Shown here one piece after another: positions 12,012-24,480 of a DNA stretch of 64,000 bases. This DNA comes from Sphaerodactylus townsendi (lineage: Eukaryota): NCBI RefSeq assembly GCF_021028975.2, contig NC_059427.1, positions 159,650,001 through 159,714,000 of the forward strand, in the 5' to 3' direction. The notes under the pieces are model-generated. The model worked only from the letters and a program-made list of their open reading frames with translations. It searched no databases and was not told the origin of the DNA. Numbering within the stretch: position 1 is the first letter of the stretch; every line of letters starts with the position of its first letter. The translations under genes and the position numbers were made by a program.

Positions 12012-12879
12012 TACAATCCCCATCTGGGTCTGGGGAGGGCAAGAGCCAGACTGAACTGGAGGCAGAAATGCAGTGGCGAGGCTCAGTGGCATACGGATGT
12101 ACATTGTTTTATGTTATGATGAAACAGCATGCATCTGGGAACATGGGATACCCCATGCCCCCATTATTGATAAGCCACTGGTGGAGGCCCTAGTACTGGG
12201 GGGAGGGGGCAGCTGCTGCTGAAGCAACTTAAAATTGCACAGCCGATCACTTTTCCAGTGGCCAATCAGAACCTACTTCCTAAAAACATTTGGGGACGCC
12301 AGGAAAGGTGCCTACAGACACCACATTGAGGATCCCTGGTTCTTCATGAGAAACAAATAATTGTTTACATTCTGTGATCTCAGTGGGGATGATTTATTTT
12401 GGTTTGTGGCATACAACCACGGGCAGTCATATTCGGCCACTTCTCTGGTTTCAAAGCCTTCTGGCCACCTTGCTCAGATGCATGCACAAGCATCTTGTAC
12501 CTGTTAGGGCTAGAATCTCTCTTTTTTTTTAAAGAAAAAAATTGCAATTGTCAGAAAGCTTAATTCTTAAAACAATTTAAAAGATGTGCCACATTGTCTT
12601 TAAATCTTACAAGTATTATTCCAATAAAAATACATTCTATATCGTTTTATATATAACATTTGGATTATNNNNNNNNNNNNNNNNNNNNNNNNNNNNNNNN
12701 NNNNNNNNNNNNNNNNNNNNNNNNNNNNNNNNNNNNNNNNNNNNNNNNNNNNNNTCATGACTGCACAGATTGACATTTGTTTAGCAAAGTTTTTCTCCCC
12801 ATCTCCTCAGGAAGCATTTCACTTGCTCTCAGAGGCAGAGGGGAAAGGTCAATGCAAGAAGTCGTCAGCTGCAGAGGCA

Positions 12880-14063
12880 CCGTATATACTCGTGTATAAG
12901 TCAACCTGAATGTAAGTCGAGGCACCTAATTTTACCACAAAAAACTGGGAAGACTTATTGACTCAAGTATAAGTCTAGGGTGGGAAATGCAGCAGCTACT
13001 GGTAAATTTCAAAAATAAAAATAGATACGGTCGGGTGCTATTTGGGGGTCTCTGCCACTGACCCCCCATCTCACCAATCCCAAGGTCTCTGCCACCGACC
13101 TCTCCATCCCGCAGCTTGTCCAGCTCACCCAGGTCAACTGGCTGTCACCCGCCAAGAGCCAGGGGCCGGCTGCAGCTGGGAAGAAGGCAGAGGCAGAGAA
13201 AGCGGCTGGAAGGGGGAAGGCAGAGAAGAAGTCAGAGGAGAGTGAAGCAGAGAAGGAGGCTGAGAAAGCGGCTGAAAGGGGGGAGGCAGAGAAGAAGGCA
13301 GAGGAGAGTGAAGCAGAGGAGGCAGAGAAAGCAGAGGAGAGCAAAGCAGAGGCAGAGAAAGCTGCTGAAAGGGGGAAGGCAGAGAAGAAGGCTGAGGAGA
13401 GTGAGGCAGAGAAGGAGGCTGAGGAGAGCAAAGCAGAGGCAGAGAAAGCGGCTGAAAGGGGGAAGGCAGAGAAGAAGGCAGAGGAGAGCGAAGCAGAGAA
13501 GAAGGCTGAGAAAGCGGCTGAAAGGGGGGAGGCAGAGAAGAAGGCAGAGGAGAGCGAAGCAGAGCAGGAGGCTGAGAAAGCGGCTGAAAGGGGGAAGGCA
13601 GAGAAGGAGGCTGAGGAGAGCCAAGCAGAGAGGAAGGCTGAGAAAGCAGCTGAAGGGGGGAGGCAGAGAAGAAGGCAGAGGAGAGCGAAGCAGAGGCAGA
13701 GAAAGCGGCTGAAAGGGGGAAGGCAGAGAAGAAGTCAGAGGAGAGTGAAGCAGATAGGAAGGCTGAGAAAGCAGCTGAAAGGGGGGAGGCAGAGGAGAAG
13801 GCAGGGGAGAGCGAAGCAGAGAGGAAGGCTGAGAAAGCAGCTGAAAGGGGGGAGGCAGAGAAGAAGGCAGAGGAGAGCGAAGCAGAGGCAGAGAAAGCGG
13901 CTGAAAGGGGAAGGCAGAGAAGGCAGGAGAGAGCGAAGACGGGAGAGGGGGAACGCCACACAAGAATTAAGTGGGACCCTCACTCACATATAAGTCAAGG
14001 GGGGAGGCTTTTTCAGCACAAAAAATGTGCTGAAAAAGTAGACTTATATGCGAGTATATAAGG
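12880..14063 (+). mobile_element. Tc2/pogo-like non-autonomous element carrying an expanded GA-rich minisatellite
   Basis: TIRs ccgtatatactcgtgtataagtc ... gacttatatgcgagtatataagg, CA/TA flanks; homologous to 47-591. Confidence 0.8.
13180..13945 (+). repeat. GA-rich minisatellite (about 54-60-nt units)
   Basis: Repeats of gagaaagcggctgaaaggggg(g/a)aggcagagaagaaggcagaggagagcgaagca. Confidence 0.9.
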
Positions 14064-14459
14064 TAAATCTGAAATGATACAGCAAGCTGAAGGGCTGAGG
14101 ACCACAGATGCCAAAGTCCCTTACAGTGGTCCTCAAGGACTGCTTGTGCGTCTTCCCAGAAAGCAAAAAGTGGAGAGAGACACTCATATGCAAAAGTAAA
14201 CACAGACACTCTGAGATTCTTGCAAGCTCAACACTTCTGAGAAGACTGGCAACCTGTGCTGTCTGGCAGCCTCATCCCACTTGTCACTCATGTCTGACAG
14301 GCTCTTTCTGTGTCATTTAACGTGAAGGGCCCGATCCATCCTGCCAGGATTTGCCAGTAATATACACATTATAACACCAGTTCCTGGATGTTGCAACATA
14401 CTCCATCCATCTAGGAAGCCTTTCTTTTCAGGCCAAGAAATATGGCAGAGGAGATAGAA

Positions 14460-14944
14460 GTCGTTACGGACGATGCAATGAAGAGACGAGACGCAGCGAT
14501 ATCAGGATCCGGTGGAGAGAAGCCAGTGGCAATCTAGCGTGATCTGTGGGTCTGGCTAATCTGCCGAGCTGGGGTCCCTGGCACCTTTTATTAAGGGTTT
14601 GGGAAGGTGGGAGAGCGGGAGAAGGTTGCACAATTCATGACTCATTGGGGCTGCGTACGTGCGGGAGGAAACGTTCCTGTCTGGGTCGAATCCACATTGG
14701 GGGTCTTGTGACCCTTTGTCTGGGGCATCTTGTGACCCATGAGTCAGAGGGGTCTTGTGATGGGTGTGCGTGTGCGCCCAGGAGGGGACAGATGGCGCAG
14801 GCATTCCTGTGCACTTTCTGAGGCTCTACTGGGTCAGCTGGCGCACCCCTACAGGAGATGCCACTGAGGTAGTCACAGAACACTTCCGGAAGGTCCAGGG
14901 GCACACGGGCAGCCTTGGGACCACCTCAGACTGTGGAAACAACA
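14460..14944 (-). mobile_element. Possible solo LTR (ERV-like)
   Basis: Two AP-1 sites, a - strand TTAATAAAAGG box and a U5-like gcgtctcgtctcttcattgc; no clean TSD found. Confidence 0.3.
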
Positions 14945-15351
14945 GTGCCTCAGGATCCCTGCCTCAGATGGACTGTCTTGCCTTGGGGCTACGAAGAAAT
15001 CTTATTTAATTTGAACACTTTAAACTTAAATATCATGCTTCACTAGCATTGTTTGCCTGTTATATTTCCATTGTGGCCCTTCATATTTAGACCATGCGGG
15101 ATCTAATTGCCGTCTGGTGCCCCCAACTGACAGCTTGGCTTGTTTGAATGAGAAAGCTTCCTGTGATGATCCTCAAGCTCGTTTCAAAGGGCAGCCATGT
15201 TGGTCTGGAGTAGAACACCTGGGTTCCAGTCCTGGAGCACCTTAGAAACCAACAAAAAATATTTTTGGGGTGGGGGGTGTATAAGCTTTCAAGTGTCAAA
15301 GCTCCATTCATCAGGTATCAGGGGAACTTTGACTCTTAGCTGTTTTGCAGC

Positions 15352-15655
15352 AGGAGAGCCAGCATGGTGCAGTGGTTAAGAGCAGGTGCACTCTGGTCTG
15401 GAGGAACCGGGTTTGATTCCCCGCTCTGCTACTTGAGCTGTGGAAACTTATCTGGTGAACTAGATGAGCTTGTGCACTCCAACACATGCCAGCTGGGTGA
15501 CCTTGGGCTAGTCAGAACTCCTCAGCTCCACCTACCTCACACAGTGTTTGTTGTGAAGGGGGAAGGGAAAGGAGTTTGTAAGCCCCTTTGAGCCTCCTTA
15601 CAGAAGAGAAAGGGGGGATATGAATCCAACTCTCCTCCTCCTCCTCCTCCTTCTT
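15352..15655 (+). mobile_element. Squam3-type SINE
   Basis: Head, CORE segment and (CCT)n tail. Confidence 0.8.
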
Positions 15656-16767
15656 TATATTAAAAGCCCTCTTGTGGCAGTAAATGGTGTTATCTTTTGA
15701 TACAGCACAGACAGTAAAACAGTCATAAATAAATGGGTTTCTGAAAAAGAAATCATACTGTTCAGTGTTCATTGAAGTCAGAGATGCTTCTGGCAGCAAG
15801 TCTACTTGGAGTGTTTTGGCACATACTCAGTTGGGGGGTGGGGGGGGAAAGGTACCTAGCAGGAATTTGAGCCATTCAAGGTGAACAGACTGGCTGATCA
15901 GCTTGTATCTGATTGTCACATTCAAACAGGTCTGACTGTTAAATGTTTAATGAGGAATGCATGGCGTCATTATTTGCCAGAGTGTGATTTCCTCTGAGCT
16001 CACTTTTGTGCCAGCCTTCCCACTTCTGGGCTCGTCAGCATTGGGCAAGGTAGATAGGGCATCTTCAGTACCCCTGAGCAACCTGTTCTATTCCTACCTG
16101 TTCTATTCAACTCATCCCCTTCCTTGTTCCGCAAAGCGCCCTAGGTAGAGACCAAAGAAGGTTTCTTGCAAACTGCTTTATGTGTGGGGTGTGTGTTGCC
16201 CTGTCCCATGTAGGGCAGAAGAGGGGGATGGTCACAGGGCCAAGGGGTGGAGAAGGTGCCCATAGAATCCAAGTGGAATGGTCACAGCCCCAGTGGAAGA
16301 GTTGTGCTGAATCCAAATGCAACACAAAGCCAGCTTGGAAACCTTTTCTGGGGTGGCGGCAGCCCTGATGGTTTTGTCTTCTGTGGTTCTGGCATATTTG
16401 CAGCTGGCTGGGAAATCAAAGGTCTGCATTTTCTTAGACCTTCCCTTCTGAACCGGGAATTGTCTGCTAGCCACTCAAGGTCATATTTCACAATTGGCAG
16501 GTGCTGCCATAATTGGCTACCTGCTGTGCCTTTTGCCTGGAAGAATTCCAGCCTGATTTCACCTGGTGACGTCAGCAGGAAGCTTGCTGAAGAGTGGATG
16601 GCCATAGATGCCAAGCGGTGTCCATCATGATGGGCGAATGTAAACTGAGAGAGGCTACTGCAGGGGTGTCAAACTCATTTGTTGTGAGGGCCAGATATGA
16701 TATAAATGTAATTTGGTCAGTGTTTGGAACTTTTCTAGCCCCTTCACCATGACAACCAACACAATTG

Positions 16768-16907
16768 AATGTATTGTCAAAGGCTTTCACGGAAAGATGC
16801 AACTGGTTGTGGTGGGCTTTCCGGACTGTGTGGCCGTGGTCTGGTAGATCTTGATCCTAACGTTTCACCTGCATCTGTGGCTGGCACCTTCAGAGGTGTA
16901 TCACAGA
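16768..16907 (-). mobile_element. Penelope-derived short repeat with a degenerate hammerhead core
   Basis: Same family as 22211-22545; core reads CTGAAGG (A to G change). Confidence 0.7.
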
Positions 16908-17084
16908 CAGAGGCATAGCTAGGCCAGAGTGCGCCCGGTGCACACTCTGGCTTTTTCGCTCCCCGCGCGGCGCCCACGACCCCCGCTCCTCCCGCGGCAG
17001 CCCCCCCGCGGCACTTCATTCCACTTACTTTTAGGAAAGGAGGAGGCCAAAGAAGCCTGCCTGCATTGCCTGGGGCTGGTGGGA

Positions 17085-17895
17085 ACTACCAAAGACAAGG
17101 TGGATAACGAAAAGACCTGGCTATGGTTAACAACTGGAACTCTGAACAAGGAAACTGAATCCCTGATTTTAGCCACCCAAGAGCAAGCTATCAGAACAAA
17201 TTCGATCAAGGCCAAAATCGAAAAATCCTCAGATGATGCAAAATGCAGATTGTGCAAGGAAGCTGATGAAACTGTAGATCATGTCCTCAGCTGCTGCAAA
17301 AAGATTGCCCAGACTGAGTACAAATAGAGACACAACTCAGTGGCCAAGATGATCCACTGGAATTTATGCAAGAATTACATCATAAGAACAGCTAAGAACT
17401 GGTGGAAACATTGTCCAGAGAAAGTAATTGAAAATGAGAAGGTCAAGATCCTGTGGGACTTTCGAATCCAAACGGACAAAGTGTTGAAACACAATACACC
17501 AGACATCACCGTGATCGAGGACGAGAAAGTGACCATCATAGACATAGCAGTCCCCGGTGACAGCAGGGTCATTGAAAAAGAACAGGAGAAGGTCATTAGA
17601 TACCGTGATTTGAAAATCGAGCTTCAGCTACTATGGCACAAACCAGCTGAGGACAGTGGTAATCGGCATGCAAACCATCCCAAAAACACTAGGGCAGCAC
17701 TTGAAACATCTTCCAAATTGACAAAATTAACATCCTTGAAATTCAGAGAATGGCCCTACTGAATCCATACAGATACTACGCCGATACATTACAACTTCCT
17801 AGGCTTCTGGGTGAGGCTCGAAGCCCAATGAAGCCCAACAACCAGCTACAGATCTGGCAGCTGTGAAATCTACAACAACAACAACAACAATAATA
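17085..17895 (+). mobile_element. R4/Dong-clade (RLE) non-LTR retrotransposon 3' fragment
   Basis: CCHC knuckle CRLCKEADETVDHVLSCC, then RHN, then endonuclease LWDFRIQTDKVLKHNTPDITVIE...IIDIAVP; (ACA)n(ATA)n tail. Confidence 0.85.
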
Positions 17896-18089
17896 AAAGT
17901 CCCCGGTGACAGCAGGGTCATTGAAAAAGAACAGAAGAAAGTCACTAGATACCGCGATTTGAAAATCGAGGTTCAGCGTCTATGGGGCAAACCAGCTGAG
18001 GTCGTCCCAGTGGTAATCGGCACGCTGGACGCCATCCCCAAAACACTAGGGCAGCACTTGAAACATCTTTGAATTGACAAAATTAACAT

Positions 18090-20530
18090 TATTATTATTA
18101 TTTATTATATTTATAAACCCCTCTCCCCTGAAGGGCTCAGGGCGGCGAACAAACAAATAGATAGAGCACAAATAAAATCAAATTTTTAAATAGTTATTAA
18201 ATATGGCTCTATATATTAAAATCGACCCCCATTAAAATGCAGCATCTATCAAAATTACCGATTAAGTGATCCTACTCGCATTGGTGCACCCCTAAGAAAG
18301 GGGGGGGGAGGAAAAGAAGAGGGAGGAGGAACGGCAGGAGTCCACAGATTTTTTTTTAGAAAGAGGGGGGGCATCAGGGGGTGGGCTCCCCAAAGGCCCG
18401 GGGGAACGGGTCCGTCTTGCAGGGCCACTGCAGGGGAATTCATTAAGATCCCGCCCAGAGACCACGTAGCTGGAGGTGAAGCGTTCCACCAGGCAGGGGC
18501 CAGAGCTGGCAAGGCTCTGCTGCCCGAGGTGGGCTTTCCTTGCGCGCATCATTGAGGGCCAGAGATCACCAGTAAATTTGCCTCTGCTGAAGCGCAGAGG
18601 CCAATTCCAGGACATATGGGGCAAAGGCAGGTCCCGTAGGTCACAGGGGTGCCAGGCCAGCGCCAAGGCCTTAAAGGTCAAAACCAACACCTTGAAAGCT
18701 TGATTAGGAATTCAATGCGGTAACCAGTGCTGGCGGCACAGCACAGGCGGGATATGGTCTCTGGCGGCACCTCCTGTGAGCAAAGCGATGCCTCCGGCAT
18801 TCTGGACCAATTTTAATTTCCGAATCAGTCGCAAGAGCAGGCCTCGCGTAGAGTTGAGTTGCAATAATCCAGTCTGGAAGTTGACCGTTGCGTGGATCCA
18901 ACGATGTGCCAGGTCCGGTGCAGAAAGAGAGGAAGGGGCCAGCCGCTGGGCTTGCGGCGACCAGATGGAAAAAAATGCAACCGGGTTACACTTGGGCCCA
19001 CCTGGGTCTCCCGTTAGAAAGAGGAAGCGAATCCAGTTGGACCCCACGGGCTTTCTGAGCGGCTTGGAAGGCCGGTGCCAATGTAGCCCCCTGCCATATC
19101 GGCGGCTGGAAATCCCCACCCCTCCTTCCCGCTTCCAGCCAGAAGGATCTCCGATGCCTTTGACAGGTTCAGTTTGCTAACCTAGCTCTGCTTCAGCTCA
19201 ACCAGCAACCGCGCTCCAAACTATGCTGGAGAGGCGCAGGGGCAATGACCAGTTCCCCTCTCCATCAACTCGCGGAATGAGCTGAGTGTCATCAGGTAAA
19301 AGGTCGCAGCTCCAAGCCCGGCATGCTTGTAATATAGCCAGGAGGAGACGCGGATCAGAAGGACAGGTAGTAGGTCTAACAGCAGCCAGGACCCTGTCCC
19401 AGCTTAGCGGCTTCAGAAGAGAGCAGGGAAAAGCTGGGTCAAACAAGCAATAGAGATGGCAAAGGGAGCCTCCAGTTCATTTATTGTCTCTAAGGTGGAA
19501 GGAAGGTCCTGGCGGAGTGACGCGACTTTATCCGCAAAAAAGCTCATAAATGCCTCACAGCTAATAGCCAATTGGTGATTTGTAGAGCCCTCAGACAATG
19601 AGGTGAGTGACCGAATGATACGAAATAATTGTGCCGGGCGAGAGCTAGCAGATGCGAGAGAGGAGGAGAAGATTGTCCTCTTCACCTCCTTCATTGCCAT
19701 CTCACAGGCCTTCATAAACGTCCTATAACAGTGGTGGCGAACCTATGGCACGGGTGCCAGAGGTGGCACTCAGAGCCCTCTCTGTGGGCACGCATGCACA
19801 GAGTTCGTCATGTGATAATAGTGTAATTATTTCAGGGAGATTATTAGCATTAAACCCAAGACCTAGTTTTGGGGAAGCTATTAAGCACTGTTAAACCCTA
19901 CTGATTTTCATGGGAAGAATGAAAGCGTGATCCTTTACCTGGGAGTAAGCTCGGTTGCTGGCAATGAGGCTTGCTTCTGAGTAAACCCTCCTAGAGTCGT
20001 GATTCACCTGTTCGAAGCGTTGCACAGTTGCTTCAAAGCAAAGCCACCGACTACCACCAAGCTTACTCCCGAGTAATGCGCGCCTTGGAGCCAACCGTTT
20101 TTTCTATACTAAAACCTCAGTATTCAGGTTAAATTGCCATGCACAACTTTCGCGATAAATAGAAGTGGACAGGTTTTGGGTTTGCAGTTTCAGACGCATG
20201 CGGTCACCGAAAAGGTTAGCCCGTCACTGTCCTATAAGATGTTCGCGCAGCCCCGTCACGAGATTTCCTCCACACTCGCTCTAGCCGTCTGAGCTCCCGT
20301 TTCATATGGCGCAGCTCCTCAGTGTACCAAGGGAGGCTAAGCAGCGACGGCGGGAAGCGCAGAGGCGCGAGGCAGCTAATAACCTCGATGGCATCGGAAG
20401 GCTGGGAATTGAAGTGTACCGCGCCTTTCGAGGTGGTGCCGAGTAGAGTTCAAGGTCCACGCTAGAGCATTCTAGGAGATCGGCAATAGGATCTATAAGT
20501 CTCCGCGGGCGGGCATAAATCCGCCCGTCG
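18090..20530 (-). mobile_element. Degraded L2 LINE
   Basis: Remnants HIPPVLCRQHWLP, LTFKAL, QLFRIIRSL...FFADKV; L2 tail at the left end. Confidence 0.75.
19729..20229. mobile_element. hAT MITE (CAGTG(G/A)TGGCGAACCT family)
   Basis: TSD tcctataa on both sides. Confidence 0.85.
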
Positions 20531-20617
20531 CCTAGAAGGCAGTCCTGCTGGGATCCGCATGAATACTTCGCCTATACATTACAACTTCCTAGGCCTCTGG
20601 GTGAGGCTCGAATTGCA

Positions 20618-20660
<43 letters not shown>

Positions 20661-21166
20661 TTGAGTTGATTTGAACAATTGATTGAATTTGAATTGATTG
20701 TGATTGATTGATAGGCTGCTGCCCCATCCTCAAAGGGCACAAAGGCGGAATTTCACAACCGCCGGCTGTTATTCAAGCAGCAATCACATAAAACTTAACC
20801 TATTAGCCAATTAAAATTAAGCAGCAATTATATACGACAACTAAGATTGAACAACAGAAATAATTTAACAGTTGATCAAATCATTAATTAAGTTAAAATT
20901 AAAAAGTTAAAATCGGCGCCCGATCTATAGGCCAGAAAGAGAAGGGAGCAGGAGGGCCTGTGATGGTATCAGAGAAACAGGCCCAACCGGGATGGAAAAG
21001 GATGGACACAGACAGCCTCACTTGCAATTCCAGCTTCAGTGGGGGGCAGTAAAAGAGGCCAGCCCCTCCAAAAGCCTGGTGGAAGGCCAACAACCAGCTA
21101 AAGATCTGGCAGCTGTGAAATCTACAACAACAACAACAACAACAATAATAATAATTATTATTATTA

Positions 21167-21500
21167 TTTGGATCATAGATGTTGCAGTGCCAGTTGACAG
21201 CAGGGTAGAGGACAAAGAGCTGGAAAACAGCACGAAATACAAGGACCTACAAATTGAAGTTGAACGATTGTGGCGAAAAACAACAACAGTAATCCCAATA
21301 GTAGTTTGTGCTCTAGGTGGAATCCCAAGAAACCCTGAAAAGCATCTGGAAAGCCTGAACTTGGACAGAACATCAGTTTACATGCTGCAGAAAGCAGCAC
21401 TTCTAGGAACTGCTACACAAATACCTCTAATATCCTAGGTCCTTGGGGCCTATACTTGTGCTGTGTTGTTATGTGTATAACAACAACAACAACAGTTATT
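21167..21500 (+). mobile_element. Third R4/Dong-like 3' fragment (different subfamily)
   Basis: WIIDVAVPVDSRVEDKELENSTKYKDLQIEVERLW...MLQKAALLGTA; (ACA)n tail. Confidence 0.75.
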
Positions 21501-21502
21501 AT

Positions 21503-21790
21503 TAAAAGGTAAAAGTCCCGTGTACAGACACTGTGCAGCCACTGCACATGCGGTGATGTCACACCATGACGTTTCCTAGGCAGATTTTGTGTATGGGTTG
21601 GTTCGCCATGGCCTTCCCCAGTCATTTATGCTTTATCCTCAGCAAGCTGGATGTTCTTTTTGCTGACCTTGGAAGGATGGAGGGTGGAGTCAACCTTGAG
21701 CCAGCTGCTTTCCATTGGGATCGAAGTCAGGTTGTGAGCACAACTTGGACTACAGGACAGCCGCTTACCCATCTGGGCCATGGGGCTCCT
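21503..21790 (-). mobile_element. Sauria/Squam1-like SINE
   Basis: aaaggtaaaagtccc tail; gaccttggaaggatggagggtggagtcaaccttgagcc and gggatcgaa head remnants. Confidence 0.55.
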
Positions 21791-22210
21791 CATCATTATC
21801 ATCATCATCACCCATCTATTATGATTATTACACCTCTAGCATGGCATTTTATAGAGAAGTGCAAATGAGATCACAAAGGAAGTGTGCATCGAGTTTATTT
21901 ATTTAAATGTCATTTATAGCCCACCTTTCAGGTGACTGATATTTTATGACTCTCTGGTTTGGTTGTGTGTGCTATGTGAACTGATGAAAAATGGTTTGGT
22001 AATCAGTTCAGCTATTTTTAATGGTTTCAGATACCTTTTGAATCTTCAGTTAAAAATGGATCGCAGGGAGTGTGGCTGGGCAAGACCCATCCAGAAGGCA
22101 TCCATCCCTCAGCTCCAGGGATCTTGGCTCATTTTAAGGCAGCTTCATGACCTATTGAAGCCTGCTGAATAACAACAACAGCAGCCTTTATTGGGATACA
22201 AAAGCAAGAA

Positions 22211-22545
22211 TGGTTGTTGTGGGTTTTCCAGGCTGCATGGCCGTGGTCTGGTAGATCTTGTTCCTAACGTTTCGCCTGCATCTGTGGCTGGCATCTTCAG
22301 AGGTGTATCACAGAGGGAAGTCTGTTCTACACTGTGTCCAGTGTATAACAGACTTATCTCTGTGTCAGTGTATAACAGATTCCTCTCTCTGTCTGTTATA
22401 CACTGGATATCTCTCTGTGATACACCTCTGAAGATGCCAGCCACAGATGCAGGCGAAACGCTAGGAACAAGAACTACCGGACCACGGCCACAAAAGCCCA
22501 GAAAACCCACAGCTAGTTGAATCCGGCCATGAAAACCTTTCACAA
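22211..22545. mobile_element. Inverted pair of Penelope-derived terminal repeats
   Basis: The left arm is the reverse complement of the right arm; each contains a hammerhead-like motif. Confidence 0.8.
22262..22304 (-). ncRNA. Minimal type-I hammerhead ribozyme motif
   Basis: acct-CTGAAGA-t-gccagc-cacagat-gcaggc-GAAAC-GTT-agga. Confidence 0.6.
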
Positions 22546-24113
22546 TGCAAAAGCAAGAATAATTACAAAACAAAAAAATGTATAATAAAAGAAAAATAAA
22601 GATAAAACACAATTAAAAATTACGGTAATTTCAAGTATGAAATTTGCAACATTTTCACAAAAGAGGTGTTCAGGAGATAGGGAATGTTGTAACACTCGTG
22701 CCATTGAGAACACTGCAGAAAAATGGAATTCATATGTTTCATCCATATTTTATATTTGGTCAAGTGTTTCGACTTGGTCAAGTGTTTCGACAGTAACCAA
22801 ATCACAAGAACAAAGCCTTTTAGAACATTCCATATGTTTAAATCTCTCATCCAAGAGAACTGATGGCAACACACAATATTAACATATAGCATAAAATAAA
22901 TGTTTCCCCAACTAAAAATAAAATATATGGACCCTCAGACCCTTTCAATCCACGTTTCCAATGTATCTGAGCTAGAATCGGACATATCTTTTGCAAAATT
23001 CAATCATACTATTTTGTTCCATATAGTCTTAGAGCAAATCTTTGAGACTGCCAGTGCAAAAAGGCCAACCCTATAAAGGACATAAAAGATTCCGAGTCCG
23101 AGAGGAGGAGATATATTTTATCTGCATCAGAATACATCTGGGGCATGAATATAAAGCTGAGAAGGAACTTGGCCCTTGGCTCATACAGGGGGCAGTTCAA
23201 CACTCTACGTCATGCCTGCAAATACAAATTTGCTGCTCCAATGGTGTTTGAGCGTATCTGCCTTCTAAATACTTTGTTGGCATTGACCAAAAACGTAATG
23301 CTGTCAGAGCCTTTCTTATATTATATTGAGTTATGCCAACAAGATAAGGGGCTCTATAACGGTCTTTTTTTGATGAGGCTGTACCAAGGGGCAAACTTGG
23401 AATGCAGGAATCTTCACAGAGAATCTGTGGCACTACACCAAATGGTGGGCGTCACTGGGAAACTGACAAGACCTCCATGTTGCAGGCAGGGGAAAAAGTT
23501 CGCTTTGGTTGGCAACGCTTGTGTTCTCCCACACTGTGGAAAAAGATCTTTTCATAACATCCTCAAGCCATTGTAGTTATGGTGTGCATAATCCACCACA
23601 GAGGGGCGAGGGCGTGCACAGAGGTGGCGGGGCTGGGGAATCGCTCTGCCCGAGACCTTGGAGAACAGCGACCACCCAGCACCAGCAGCAGCCCCTCCTA
23701 AACTGGGTCCGACCATCCGTCTCCACCCACGCCCAGCAATGCTCTTTTGCAGTTGCGCAATGGTTCGAGCCCAGCCCCTGCCAGTCAAGGTTTCCTAGGG
23801 ATCCCCCACCCAACTGCTTCCAGTTGCATCTGGCTGCAACGTGCTCCGGGGGAACGGTGCTTGGGTGGCTAGGGGGCGGGCGGGGGTCGTGCAGGGAGAT
23901 CTGACTGTTGCAATAGAAGCAAAGGGGGCACTCCTGGTTGTTATGGAGGGGTGCACCAGTGGGATGCCCAAGCGGCGACCCCTCCCCTTCTCCCGGGGGT
24001 CGCCGTGGTCTCTCGCTGGCCCTTTAAGTCCCGCCGGGGTCACGTGGGCAGGGCGAAGCGCAGCGATGCCGCCGCCGCCGCGGCGGAGGGGAGGGGGCGG
24101 CTCCCCCCGAACG

Positions 24114-24295
24114 CGTGGTCGTGCCCGATTGGCCGGGCGTAGCGACCAATGGACGGCGGCCATCTGGGACGCCAACGTTCCGGGGTACCGCCTTGCGCGC
24201 CGTGCCGCGGCCGGGCCAATGGGGGCGCGCGTGCGAGCCGAGGCAGCCAATAAGAGCGCGGCGGGGAGGGCGCACCGCGGGGGCCCGCTATAAAA
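24114..24295 (+). promoter_or_regulatory. CALR: CALR promoter: ERSE, CCAAT boxes, TATA box
   Basis: CGTGG-N9-ATTGG at 24114-24132 is a perfect reverse ERSE; CCAAT-N9-CCATC from 24146; CCAAT at 24216 and 24247; TATAAAA 24289-24295; CpG island. Confidence 0.9.
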
Positions 24296-24389
24296 GGGCG
24301 GCGAACCCGCCTGCCGGGCTGCAGTCGCTGGGGGTGTCCCACCGAGAAGAGAGGGAGGCTGTCGCCCGTACCCCGCTAGAGGAAGGAAA

Positions 24390-24480
24390 ATGAGCCCCGT
24401 CCTGTCATTGTTTTTTTGCCTCCTGGGCCTGGCCTCGGCCGGCCCCGCCACCTATTTCCGGGAGGAGTTCGGAGACGGAG
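24390..24480 (+). CDS. CALR: Calreticulin exon 1 (signal peptide)
   Basis: MSPVLSLFFCLLGLASAGPATYFREEFGDG, 91 nt, donor gtgagg. Confidence 0.95.

Larger units (their letters stand above)
17896..21170 (+). mobile_element. Second R4/Dong 3' fragment, split by two L2 insertions
   Basis: Pieces at about 17896-18088, 20533-20618 and 21083-21170 are colinear with the 3' end of the first copy. Confidence 0.65.

Noticed and set aside
13009-13993. Protamine-like Arg-rich and Ser/Ala-rich ORFs
   Set aside because: Translations of a minisatellite inside a transposon; no gene structure
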